Source of the DNA: Alkanindiges illinoisensis DSM 15370
Lineage (GTDB): Bacteria > Pseudomonadota > Gammaproteobacteria > Pseudomonadales > Moraxellaceae
Direction of reading: 5' to 3'
Length of the DNA stretch: 32,000 bases
NCBI RefSeq assembly: GCF_000619845.1
Contig: NZ_JHUX01000003.1
Coordinates: forward strand, 730,064 to 762,063
Below are positions 1 through 9,202 of this stretch, one piece after another. Numbering within the stretch: the stretch's first letter is position 1; the number at the start of each line of letters is the position of its first letter. The notes beneath the pieces are model-generated. The model had not been told where the DNA came from and searched no databases. It saw only the letters and a list, made by a program, of their open reading frames with translations. Position numbers and translations under genes: made by a program.

Positions 1-404
1 TGCATACGCTCATCAAGAAAGAGTTATTTAAAGGCCCGTTAAAGCCGGTGCTGGAAGCACTGGGTGGTATTCCTGTAGACCGTCAGGCCTCCAAGGATAT
101 TGTCAGCCAGATGGCACAGGAATTTGCCAGCCGCGACCAATTTACGCTGGTTATTGCGCCTGAAGCTACCCGGGCTAAAAATGGTGAAAGCCGCAAACCC
201 ATTCGGACTGGATTCTGGCATATTGCTAAAAAAGCCAATGTACCCATTGTGCTGATGTATGCCAATCCAGCCACCAAGCATGGTGGAATTTTTGCCCGCA
301 TCATACCGACGAATCTGGAGCAGGATTTAAAACAAATCCAGCAGTTGTACAAGGAAAAAGGCATCGATGTCCTAATTCCTGAAGCGCGAAGTAGCAACGA
401 TTGA
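1..404 (+). CDS. Lysophospholipid/1-acyl-glycerol-3-phosphate acyltransferase family protein, C-terminal part (5' end outside window)
   Basis: The reading frame is open from the window edge (HTLIKKELFKGPLKPVLEALGGIPVDR...). The 'GGIPVDR' and 'VIAPEATR' blocks resemble PlsC-family acyltransferase motifs III/IV. Stop TGA is at 402-404. Confidence 0.6.
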   Translation, partial: HTLIKKELFKGPLKPVLEALGGIPVDRQASKDIVSQMAQEFASRDQFTLVIAPEATRAKNGESRKPIRTGFWHIAKKANVPIVLMYANPATKHGGIFARIIPTNLEQDLKQIQQLYKEKGIDVLIPEARSSND

Positions 405-599
405 GAATCGTTGCCGCGCCGCAAGACGAGAGCTACGCTTGAGTGGTGAAGATCAAACAGACTTAAAGCACTGCTTTAAGACTCTTCCCGAGAGAAGCTT
501 TGCGGAATTGCGCAGTGTACACCTTCTTTGCAAGGTTTTATATTGCTGCGCTATCCGATGAGAGTTAAGTTTAGAATGTAGCTTAAATTTCATATGACC

Positions 600-629
600 A
601 AAACGCGCCAGTTCTTGTCGCGTTTTCTT
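600..629 (+). terminator. Rho-independent-terminator-like hairpin about 200 nt downstream of the acyltransferase stop
   Basis: AAAACGCG (600-607) pairs with CGCGTTTT (619-626) across an 11-nt loop, followed by CTT. The T-run is partly within the stem. Confidence 0.4.
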
Positions 630-756
630 GCGATTGAATACTTTAAAAAGGCAGCACAGGAAAAAAGCTGCTAAAATATCAAACTTGAAAAACTTTCTTC
701 TTGACGTTGCAACGTCCATTTCATGCAGCAAATCTTTCCATGCAGCACATTTTTTT

Positions 757-2520
757 ATGAAGCAATCCACCGCACTCAATATTTTAAAATCCGGCAAGAA
801 TGTCTTTTTAACCGGTTCTGCCGGGGCAGGTAAAACCTACACACTCAACCAGTACATTGAGTATCTCAAAGCGCGCAAAGTGCCGGTTGCTGTGACCGCG
901 TCGACAGGAATTGCCGCTACCCACATGAATGGCATGACCATTCATACGTGGTCGGGCATTGGCATCAAGGATGTGCTGACGGATCATGATTTAAAAAATT
1001 TAAAAGACCGTAAATATCTGCGCGACCATATTGAAAAGGCACAGGTGCTGATTATTGATGAAATTTCAATGCTGCATGCGCGGCAACTGGATCTGGTCAA
1101 TCAGGTTTTAAAATATATCAAGGATACCGATGAGCCATTTGGCGGCATGCAGGTCATTGTTGCCGGTGACTTTTTCCAGTTACCGCCTGTGGGCAAATCT
1201 GGCGAGAGTAACCGTGACAAGTTTGCCTTTATGTCGGCAACATGGCTGGAAGCTGGCTTTAGTATTTGCTATTTAAGCGAGCAGCATCGCCAGCAGGATA
1301 ATCAACTTAATATTATTTTAAATGAGATCCGTCTGGGGCAGATCAGCCAGCACAGCATTAAAACCTTGCAAGGTACGCAGCAGCACGCATTAGATAGTGA
1401 TATTACCCGGCTGTTTACCCATAACGTGGATGTCGACCAGATTAATGAACAGCATCTGGAAGGACTAAAAGGCAAGGCACATCATTTTCACGCACAAACT
1501 GAAGGCAATGAAAAACTGGTAATGACCCTGACCAGTTCAGTGCGCGCGCCACAAGACCTAATGCTTAAAAAAGGCGCCAAGGTCATGTTTGTTAAGAATA
1601 ACTTTGAAGAAGGTTATATTAATGGCAGTCTGGGTGAGGTAATTGGTTTCAGCAAGGACGACGAATTTGGCGAACTACCTGAGGTCAAGCTACGTGATGG
1701 CACAAAAATGGTGGTGTCGCCTGCCGAGTGGTCGATTAATAACGAACAAGGCAAAGCGATTGCCAGTTTCAAGCAAATTCCATTGCGGCATGCATGGGCG
1801 ATTACCGTGCATAAAAGCCAGGGCATGACCTTGGAAGCTGCCGAAATTGATCTGAGCCAGACTTTTGAAAAAGGGCAGGGCTACGTGGCCTTATCACGGC
1901 TAAAATCACTGGAAGGTTTGCGTTTACTGGGCTTTAATCAAAAGGCACTGGAACTTGACAGTCTGGCCATGAAAGCGGACCAGCGTTTTCAGCAGTTATC
2001 GACCGAGGCAGAAAGCGTGTGGCAGGATCGCGATACCACACTGGTGCATGAAGATTTTATTAAAAAATGCGGTGGTACTACCAATCCCAAGGATATTGCC
2101 CGTTATGAAAAACGCCTGAAGCAAAAGGCTGGAACAGGTATTTCGGCCAGTACACTAGAGCAAACCCGCGAGCTATATGATAAAGGCTTGGATATTGAAG
2201 AAATTGCCTTGGCGCGAGGCCTGACCATTGCCACAGTAATTAATCATTTGGCCAAGTTATATGAGCAGGCTAATTCCAAAACTGTCAATAAGGACAATAC
2301 TGTTAAGGAAACCGCTGTTGGCAGTGAATTGAATTTCGAGCGTATCAAGCCACAAAAAGAAGTGTTGCAAGCCGTGAGCCGTGCCGTGAAACAGGTGAAA
2401 AAACAGAACTTGCCGGAAAGCTTTAATGAAGATGGCAGTATTCGGTTAAGGTCACTGGTGGATGCCTTAAATAATGAAATGGGCTACAACGACGTGCGGC
2501 TGGCATTGATGTTTATTTAA
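757..2520 (+). CDS. Pif1/RecD-family (AAA_30-type) DNA helicase with a C-terminal helix-turn-helix region
   Basis: Walker A is GSAGAGKT and Walker B is LIIDEISM. VAGDFFQLPPV and TVHKSQGMT are SF1B helicase motifs. The C-terminal 'LTIATVINHLAKL' segment looks like an HTH. The tracked ORF starts at TTG 628, but the conserved N-terminus begins at ATG 757 (MKQSTALNILKSGKNVFLTG). Confidence 0.8.
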   Translation: MKQSTALNILKSGKNVFLTGSAGAGKTYTLNQYIEYLKARKVPVAVTASTGIAATHMNGMTIHTWSGIGIKDVLTDHDLKNLKDRKYLRDHIEKAQVLIIDEISMLHARQLDLVNQVLKYIKDTDEPFGGMQVIVAGDFFQLPPVGKSGESNRDKFAFMSATWLEAGFSICYLSEQHRQQDNQLNIILNEIRLGQISQHSIKTLQGTQQHALDSDITRLFTHNVDVDQINEQHLEGLKGKAHHFHAQTEGNEKLVMTLTSSVRAPQDLMLKKGAKVMFVKNNFEEGYINGSLGEVIGFSKDDEFGELPEVKLRDGTKMVVSPAEWSINNEQGKAIASFKQIPLRHAWAITVHKSQGMTLEAAEIDLSQTFEKGQGYVALSRLKSLEGLRLLGFNQKALELDSLAMKADQRFQQLSTEAESVWQDRDTTLVHEDFIKKCGGTTNPKDIARYEKRLKQKAGTGISASTLEQTRELYDKGLDIEEIALARGLTIATVINHLAKLYEQANSKTVNKDNTVKETAVGSELNFERIKPQKEVLQAVSRAVKQVKKQNLPESFNEDGSIRLRSLVDALNNEMGYNDVRLALMFI

Positions 2521-2529
2521 GAGACTCAT

Positions 2530-3108
2530 TTAGGTGGCGCTATCATCATAGACAATTTTGTATTTAATGAGCTTATCGGCCTGGTCAAAGTAAATACTGG
2601 TCACATTAGCATATAAGTAATTACATGTTGCTAAATCCCAGCTTTTTTTACGCTGGTTTGAGCGCGTTATTTCTTCACCGCCATAAAAGCGCTTTGCCTC
2701 TTCAATGTCCATTACTTGCTGTTCAGAATCAATATGTAGAGAACGCATCAATTGTTTTTTTGGCATTCCAATGTAGACATCTGGCCCAATTCGATATGAT
2801 TTACCAGTAATTTCGATTTGCTCAATTTGTTGAGGCTGCTGCTGTTGACTAATAAACATAGCACCTAAATAAAACATTTTTATACGTTGATAAGTAGTGT
2901 TTCCAGAATCATAAGTATAGATTTTGCTGCTTAAAGGTTTGCCTAAGGCTTTTATGATCTGGTTCTTGTTGCTCAGATAATGAATATTATTGACAACCAG
3001 ATATTGATCGGGCAGGCAAATGGTGGGTTGGCTAGAATCATTGGCAAATGCATCAGCGCAACACAGTATCGTAATGCCTAGTACCATAAATGGTTTAATC
3101 ATGTTCAT
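2530..3108 (-). CDS. Hypothetical secreted/periplasmic protein (orphan)
   Basis: 192-codon ORF with an N-terminal signal peptide (MNMIKPFMVLGITILCCADAFA/NDSS) and an internal QQQQPQQIEQIE stretch. I recognise no family. It converges on the helicase gene with only 9 bp between the stops. Confidence 0.55.
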   Translation of the reverse strand: MNMIKPFMVLGITILCCADAFANDSSQPTICLPDQYLVVNNIHYLSNKNQIIKALGKPLSSKIYTYDSGNTTYQRIKMFYLGAMFISQQQQPQQIEQIEITGKSYRIGPDVYIGMPKKQLMRSLHIDSEQQVMDIEEAKRFYGGEEITRSNQRKKSWDLATCNYLYANVTSIYFDQADKLIKYKIVYDDSAT

Positions 3109-3296
3109 CAGTGTTATAAAATTTTTAAGTGTTAAAAAATTGAGTTTTCGTATATGGGTCGAAATAGTATTCTAGCTCGGCAATTTTATAAACATACAAG
3201 CGCTATTTAATTGCTTTTTCTGTAAAAGACCCTATATAGCTGATCTAAGAATTAATTATCGTTTTATCTTGTTTTTGAATAATATCAGGAAGTTTT

Positions 3297-6200
3297 ATGC
3301 CGTTTGCTTTTGATCAACAGCCTCTTGTCATGGCGCGTGACCGCTATAAATTGTCACGCCTAAAGCAGGGTAAGTTTAAGGACGAACAGGCATATCAGCA
3401 GCTTCTGGAAAAAACACAGCAAGCCGTGCAAGCGCGCGTTGAGCGCTTGCCAGATATTAAGCTCAATGAAGACCTGCCGGTTTCTCAAAATGCCGAACGG
3501 CTAATTCAGGCTATTCAGGATCATCAGGTCATCATTGTGGCAGGTGAAACTGGGTCTGGTAAAACCACACAATTACCTAAAATTGCCATGCTGGCTGGTC
3601 GCGGTTTAACGGGCATCATTGGACATACCCAGCCGCGCCGTCTGGCAGCCCGTAGTGTGTCACAGCGTATTGCTGAGGAATTAGGCGAACCCTTGGGCAA
3701 ATCCGTGGGCTTTAAGGTGCGCTTTAATGAAACCGGTGATAGTAACGCCTTTATTCGCCTGATGACTGACGGTATCTTGCTGGCTGAACTTGGCAATGAC
3801 CGTTTCTTAAATAAATATGACACCATTATTATTGATGAAGCGCATGAACGCTCGTTAAACATTGATTTCTTGCTGGGCTATATTCGCCAGATTTTACCCA
3901 AGCGCCCTGATTTAAAAGTCATTGTCACTTCCGCCACACTGGACGTAAACCGCTTTAGCCAGTATTTTGCTAATGCTTCTGGTCAAGGTGCACCTATATT
4001 TGAAGTGGAAGGGCGCAGCTATCCGGTAGAAGTGCGTTATCGACCAGTATCTGAGCTTGCAGTAGCGGGTAGTGAAGATGATGCTTTTGATGATGTGGAA
4101 GAAAATCTACCACGTGCCGTTGTAGCTGCTGTGGAAGAATGCTATCAGGATGCCATCAGTAAAGGCCATCCAGAGCATGCTGATATTCTGGTGTTTGCCA
4201 GTACCGAGCAGGAAATCCGCGATTTACAGGAAACCTTGTACAAATTTGGTCCTAAACATACTGAAATTTTGCCTTTGTATGCACGGTTAGCCTTAAGCGA
4301 ACAACAAAAGATTTTTAATCCCTCTGGCAAGGGCCGGCGCATTATTATTGCTACCAACGTAGCAGAGACTGCACTAACTGTCCCTAATATCCGTTATGTG
4401 ATTGATAGCGGGTTTGCCCGTATTTCACGCTATTCGTATCGCTCGCGCGTGCAACGTTTACCGATTGAAGCCATTAGTCAGGCCGCTGCCAACCAGCGCA
4501 AGGGACGCTGTGGCCGGATTGCGCCCGGTGTTTGTATTCGCCTGTACAGTGAAGAGGATTTTTTAGGCCGCCCAGAATTTACCGAACCGGAAATCAAGCG
4601 CACTAATCTGGCATCGGTCATTTTACAAATGGAAAGTCTGGGTCTGGGTGATCTGGACAACTTTAATTTTATTGAGCCACCTGATCACCGTTTGGTCAAT
4701 GATGGTAAAAAGCTGCTGGTTGAACTGGGCGCGCTATCTGAAAAAGGTAATGAAAAAAAACAGGGCAGTAAGCTCACCAAAATTGGTCAAATGATGGCAA
4801 AAATGCCAATTGATCCACGGCTAGCCCGTATGATTCTGGGTGGTGCGCATTTTGGAGTATTGAATGAAGCCCTGATTGTGGTGAGTGCTCTGGCAGTGCA
4901 AGATCCGCGCGAGCGTCCAGCTGACAAACAAACACAGGCGGACCAGAAACATGCCTTGTTTAAAGAACCGGATTCTGACTTCTTATTTTATATCAAGCTG
5001 TGGAACACCATTGCAGCGCAAAAAGGCCAGCTTACTGAAGGCCAGCGCCGCCAGTTTGCCAAGCAGCATTTTTTAAGCTGGTTACGCCTGCGTGAGTGGC
5101 GGCAAACGCATCAACAACTGGTGGAACTAGCCGAGCAATTGAAGTTGTCATTTGACCGCCCAAATGGCAAGGATCAGCCCGCCAGCTATGAAAACCTGCA
5201 TAAGGCATTGCTCACCGGCTTATTGTCCTTTATTGCGCAAAAAACCGATGAAAAAAATATTTATCAGGCTGTGCGTCAGCAAAAAGCGCGGATTTTTCCG
5301 GCCAGTACCTTACATAAACAGGGCGCACCGTGGCTGATGGCATTTGAAATGGTGGAAACCTCACAGGTGTATCTACGCACGCTGGCCAAAATTGAACCGG
5401 AATGGATTTTGCTGGCCGCGCGTGATTTGCTTAAATATCATTATTTTGAACCACATTGGTCGAAAAAATCCGGTACAGTGAATGCCTATGCACAGATTTC
5501 ACTGTTTGGTTTGATTGTTCAGCCCAAGCAGCCGATACAGTATGAAAAAGTGAATCTGGTCGAAGCGCACGAGATCTTTATGCGTGATGGATTAGTCACG
5601 GGTCAATTGGGTATTACCCCACCATTTTTAAAACATAACCTGCAAAAAATTGAAGAAGTCGAACGCATTGAAGACAAATTGCGCCGTCGGGATTTGCTGG
5701 TGGATGAAGAAACTCTGTATCAGTTTTATGCAGGCCGTATTCCAGAGCATATTGCCAGTCGCCGTACCTTTGAGGACTGGCGCGCCGAGGTTGAAGCCAA
5801 GAATCCGCGTATCCTGTTTTTAACTGAAGAGGATGTGCTGCTCGACCATGCTTTAGGAGGGCGTGCCCCAACCACCCAGCAATTTCCGGATTACTGGCAA
5901 GTTGGCGCTTTACGTCTGGCCACCCGTTATGTGTTTGATCCCAGCCGTGAAGACGATGGCGCAACGGTTAGCATTCCTATTCAGGCTTTGCCTCAAGTTG
6001 ATGGCAATGCCTTGTCATGGAGTGTGCCCGGCTGGCGGCAACCTTTGGTAGAAGCCTTGTTAAAGTCACTGCCGAAAGACAAGCGCCGTTTGTTTGTTCC
6101 AATTCCTGATACGGCCAAAAAACTGCTAACCCAGCTTGATCCGCAAAAAGGCAATAGCCTGATGGAGCAACTGGCCTTTTTGCTACGTGGTGAGCAAATT

Positions 6201-7229
6201 CAGGCTAAGGATTTTGACCTTAATAGTGTGCCAAATTATCTGCGCCCGATGATTCAGGTCATTGATGACAAAAAATGTGTCATTGCACAGGGGCGTGATC
6301 TGGAGGAATTGCAGGCACGTTGCCGCGTTGCCACTCATCAGCCGGTCAAGCAGCAGCAAGGCGAGTTACTGGAATTCCCGACCAGCTTTGAGTTTCAAAC
6401 CCAAAAGAAAGTCACAGGCTTACTGGTGAGTCAGTATCATGCTTTAGTGCCTATACAGGCAGCGGCTAAGGACAACAAATCGGCAGATGATAAACAGGGT
6501 GTGATCATTCATACCTATAATGATGAAAACGAGGCCAAGCGGCATCACCGTCAAGGATTGCTGCGTCTGGCCAGTTTGCAATTGGGTGATTTAAGCCGTC
6601 AGCTCAAAAAACAGTTGCCCAAATCGCTCATTCTGGCATTTGCCCCTTTGGGCGATAAAACCCAGCTGGAAGACATGCTGATTTATGCCACGCTGGATGT
6701 GTCATTTGAAGGGCTGGCTTATGACCAGCAAACCTTTGAGCAAAAGCTGACAGCAAGCAAAGCACAGTTTTTAACGCATGGGCAAAAGGTGCTGTCTGAC
6801 CTCACTGAAATTTTTACCTTATGGCAAACCATTCGCCGCCAGATGCTCACCATTGATGCTGATATTTTTGGCCGTAATCTGGATGATATTGAAGATCAGC
6901 TGGATGGCTTGCAACTGGCAAATTTTGTATATCAGGTGGATGTACAGGCCTGGCAGGAGTATCCGCGCTATTTAAAGGCCCTGAATATACGTCTGGAACG
7001 CTTGCCAAATAATCTTAAACGCGATACCGAAGCGGTTGCACAAATTGACCCCTTTATGGAGCGCCTGCTCAAGTATGACGTACACAAGGCCATGGAAAGT
7101 GGCCCATTTCAGGAGTTTCGCTGGTTGCTGGAAGAGTGGCGGGTGTCCTTGTTTGCCCAGCCTATGAAAACCAAAGTGCCTGTATCGGTAAAACGGCTGG
7201 AAAAAGCATGGCAGGACATCACAGGTTAA
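3297..7229 (+). CDS. hrpA: ATP-dependent RNA helicase HrpA (DEAH-box)
   Basis: 1310 aa with GETGSGKTTQLP, DEAHERS, TSAT, TNVAETALT and QRKGRCGR motifs. Length and C-terminal region are typical of HrpA. Confidence 0.9.
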   Translation: MPFAFDQQPLVMARDRYKLSRLKQGKFKDEQAYQQLLEKTQQAVQARVERLPDIKLNEDLPVSQNAERLIQAIQDHQVIIVAGETGSGKTTQLPKIAMLAGRGLTGIIGHTQPRRLAARSVSQRIAEELGEPLGKSVGFKVRFNETGDSNAFIRLMTDGILLAELGNDRFLNKYDTIIIDEAHERSLNIDFLLGYIRQILPKRPDLKVIVTSATLDVNRFSQYFANASGQGAPIFEVEGRSYPVEVRYRPVSELAVAGSEDDAFDDVEENLPRAVVAAVEECYQDAISKGHPEHADILVFASTEQEIRDLQETLYKFGPKHTEILPLYARLALSEQQKIFNPSGKGRRIIIATNVAETALTVPNIRYVIDSGFARISRYSYRSRVQRLPIEAISQAAANQRKGRCGRIAPGVCIRLYSEEDFLGRPEFTEPEIKRTNLASVILQMESLGLGDLDNFNFIEPPDHRLVNDGKKLLVELGALSEKGNEKKQGSKLTKIGQMMAKMPIDPRLARMILGGAHFGVLNEALIVVSALAVQDPRERPADKQTQADQKHALFKEPDSDFLFYIKLWNTIAAQKGQLTEGQRRQFAKQHFLSWLRLREWRQTHQQLVELAEQLKLSFDRPNGKDQPASYENLHKALLTGLLSFIAQKTDEKNIYQAVRQQKARIFPASTLHKQGAPWLMAFEMVETSQVYLRTLAKIEPEWILLAARDLLKYHYFEPHWSKKSGTVNAYAQISLFGLIVQPKQPIQYEKVNLVEAHEIFMRDGLVTGQLGITPPFLKHNLQKIEEVERIEDKLRRRDLLVDEETLYQFYAGRIPEHIASRRTFEDWRAEVEAKNPRILFLTEEDVLLDHALGGRAPTTQQFPDYWQVGALRLATRYVFDPSREDDGATVSIPIQALPQVDGNALSWSVPGWRQPLVEALLKSLPKDKRRLFVPIPDTAKKLLTQLDPQKGNSLMEQLAFLLRGEQIQAKDFDLNSVPNYLRPMIQVIDDKKCVIAQGRDLEELQARCRVATHQPVKQQQGELLEFPTSFEFQTQKKVTGLLVSQYHALVPIQAAAKDNKSADDKQGVIIHTYNDENEAKRHHRQGLLRLASLQLGDLSRQLKKQLPKSLILAFAPLGDKTQLEDMLIYATLDVSFEGLAYDQQTFEQKLTASKAQFLTHGQKVLSDLTEIFTLWQTIRRQMLTIDADIFGRNLDDIEDQLDGLQLANFVYQVDVQAWQEYPRYLKALNIRLERLPNNLKRDTEAVAQIDPFMERLLKYDVHKAMESGPFQEFRWLLEEWRVSLFAQPMKTKVPVSVKRLEKAWQDITG

Positions 7230-7452
7230 AATCTGCCTGATGGTAATCTGTAATATGTTTAAAGATTCTGTTCGCAGCTTAGCCTTTTCGCTACTGGACA
7301 AGCGCAGGGGATGGGTAGACACTATCGCTGCTTTCCGGCCTTTGATTTTGGACTAATAATTTCTAGGCTAATTTTTTAAAGCCAAATTTGAAATATTCAT
7401 TTACTATTGGGTGCAATGCAAGCAGCACCACAATAAATGACAGGAGTGATTC

Positions 7453-8568
7453 ATGAGCATTCGTATTACAGGAACCGGGCTGTACACCCCATCAGACTCA
7501 ATCAGCAATGAAGAACTGGTGGAAAGCCTGAATGCTTATGTTGAACACTACAATCAGGAAAATGCCGCTGCCATTGAAGCGGGTACTGTTACAGCCAAGC
7601 GTGGTTCATCTGCGCCTTTTATTGAAAAAGTGTCCGGCATCAAGTCACGTTATGTCATCAATAAAGAAGGGGTACTCGACCCCAAGCGCATGGTTCCCGT
7701 CATTCCCGAACGCTCCAATGAAGAATGGTCGATTCAGGCAGAAATGGGCACGGCAGCAGCACGTGAGGCCATTGCCAATGCCGGTTTAACCCCGGATGAT
7801 ATTGATGCCGTCATTCTGGCATGTTCAAACATGCAGCGCGCCTATCCGGCTGTTGCCATTGAAATTCAGGCAGCGCTGGGAATGACCCGTGGTTATGCCT
7901 TTGACATGAATGTGGCTTGTAGTGCGGCCACCTTTGGCTTGCAACAGGCGGTTGATGCGATTAAGGCAGGTTCTGCCAAGCGCGTTCTGGTAGTAAATGC
8001 TGAAATCACTTCTGGCCATTTAAACTGGACTGATTATAGTAGCCACTTTATTTTTGGTGATGTAGCAACTGCAATTGTGGTTGAAGAAACTGATAGCAAG
8101 CCCGGTTTTGAAGTGTTAGGTACCCAGTTACTCACCCAGTTTTCCAATAATATCCGCAACAATTTTGGCTTTTTAAACCGGGGTGATGAATCCGGTGTTG
8201 GCAAAGCCGACAAGCTGTTTGTACAAAATGGGCAGAAAGTATATCGCGAAGTATCTCCACTGGTTGCCAAAACCATTACCGAACACTTGGGCAAACTGGG
8301 ATTGAGTGTTGAGGACGTAAAGCGATACTGGCTGCATCAGGCCAATGAAAACATGAACCAGTTTATTTTAAAAATGATTTTGGGCAAGGATACCGAGCGT
8401 GAGCGTGCGCCAATTATTCTGGATGAATATGCCAACACCAGTTCAGCCGGTTCTATTATTGCCTTTCACAAGCATTCCAAAGACTTGCAGGATGGTGATT
8501 TAGGCGTTATTTGTTCTTTTGGTGCCGGTTATTCAATTGGCTCAATTATTGTTAAAAAAGTGAGTTAA
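7453..8568 (+). CDS. Beta-ketoacyl-ACP synthase III family enzyme (FabH-like, stand-alone)
   Basis: The Cys-His-Asn triad context is present ([28 protein letters not shown]). SD GGAG lies upstream (caggagtgattcATG). It is not next to other fab genes. Confidence 0.85.
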   Translation: MSIRITGTGLYTPSDSISNEELVESLNAYVEHYNQENAAAIEAGTVTAKRGSSAPFIEKVSGIKSRYVINKEGVLDPKRMVPVIPERSNEEWSIQAEMGTAAAREAIANAGLTPDDIDAVILACSNMQRAYPAVAIEIQAALGMTRGYAFDMNVACSAATFGLQQAVDAIKAGSAKRVLVVNAEITSGHLNWTDYSSHFIFGDVATAIVVEETDSKPGFEVLGTQLLTQFSNNIRNNFGFLNRGDESGVGKADKLFVQNGQKVYREVSPLVAKTITEHLGKLGLSVEDVKRYWLHQANENMNQFILKMILGKDTERERAPIILDEYANTSSAGSIIAFHKHSKDLQDGDLGVICSFGAGYSIGSIIVKKVS

Positions 8569-8592
8569 TAGAATCCCTATTTATTTTAAATC

Positions 8593-8616
8593 AGCGTCCT
8601 TTAGGGCGCTTTTTTA
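8593..8616 (+). terminator. Rho-independent terminator of the KAS III gene
   Basis: AGCGTCC (8593-8599), loop TTTA, GGGCGCT (8604-8610). This is a 7-bp stem with one G-U pair, followed by TTTTTT. Confidence 0.6.
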
Positions 8617-8787
8617 TTGCCATTTTTATTCCAGTCTTATTAAAGTTACATGCTAGACCGCTATTAAAATCTAACTAAAAATTACTGAATCACAGCCTGA
8701 ATAGGGCCAAATGCCAACCAAGCCTTCAAGAACCAGACAATAAATCTGCCACACTACGCGCATAACAATTTTTTTGAGGAAAACGCC

Positions 8788-9060
8788 ATGCAAAACCCAA
8801 TGCAGCGCTATCTCATTGCGACAGCAACCGGCATTCTGGTATTAACGCTGGGTGGTTGTGCCGTCACACCCATTGATGATCATGCTAACGGTTATCACCG
8901 TCATGATGGCTGGGATAAAAAAGGCTGGAACAATGACCGGAATGATGATCGTAAAAACTGGGATCGCAACCGTGATGGCGATAGGTCACGCTGGGATCGT
9001 CAGCATAACCATGATGACGACTACGATAACCATGGCGACTGGCGTGATGACCGTCGTTAA
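8788..9060 (+). CDS. Small lipoprotein with an extremely charged D/R/N/H/W-rich mature region
   Basis: SD GAGGA sits 7 nt upstream of the ATG. The signal peptide ends in a lipobox-like LGGC. The mature part has five Trp, each in a W-D/N/R context (GWDKK, GWNND, NWDRN, RWDRQ, DWRDD). Confidence 0.55.
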   Translation: MQNPMQRYLIATATGILVLTLGGCAVTPIDDHANGYHRHDGWDKKGWNNDRNDDRKNWDRNRDGDRSRWDRQHNHDDDYDNHGDWRDDRR

Positions 9061-9202
9061 GCAGTAAGACAGTAGCAAAGTTCAAAGCTACTGCGCTGGA
9101 TTAATAACTTTCTTTGCATCTTTCTAAATTTATATTCGTTCGATACTTGCTGTTCAGCCATGTTGTGCATCTAAGGGCTGGACAGCTTTTTCATCATTAG
9201 AA

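Noticed and set aside
453-797. 114-aa minus-strand ORF, and the TTG-628 N-terminal extension of the helicase ORF
   Set aside because: Both lie in the structured non-coding region and overlap each other. The minus ORF is basic low-complexity sequence with no SD. The helicase homology begins at ATG 757. I treated both as spurious.
3141-3170. XerC/XerD (dif/pdif)-like sequence TTTTCGTATAT-GGGTCG-AAATAGTATTC
   Set aside because: Only the left half resembles the Acinetobacter XerC arm (ATTTCGTATAA). The right half does not match the XerD arm (TTATGTTAATT). A second partial match near 25836-25850 (TTATGCTTAATT) lacks a XerC arm.
8852-9085. Alternative-frame ORFs (+71 aa, -66 aa) over the small lipoprotein gene
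   Set aside because: These are a consequence of the GAT/GAC/CGT-rich repetitive composition. Only the 8788 frame has an SD, a signal peptide and a lipobox.
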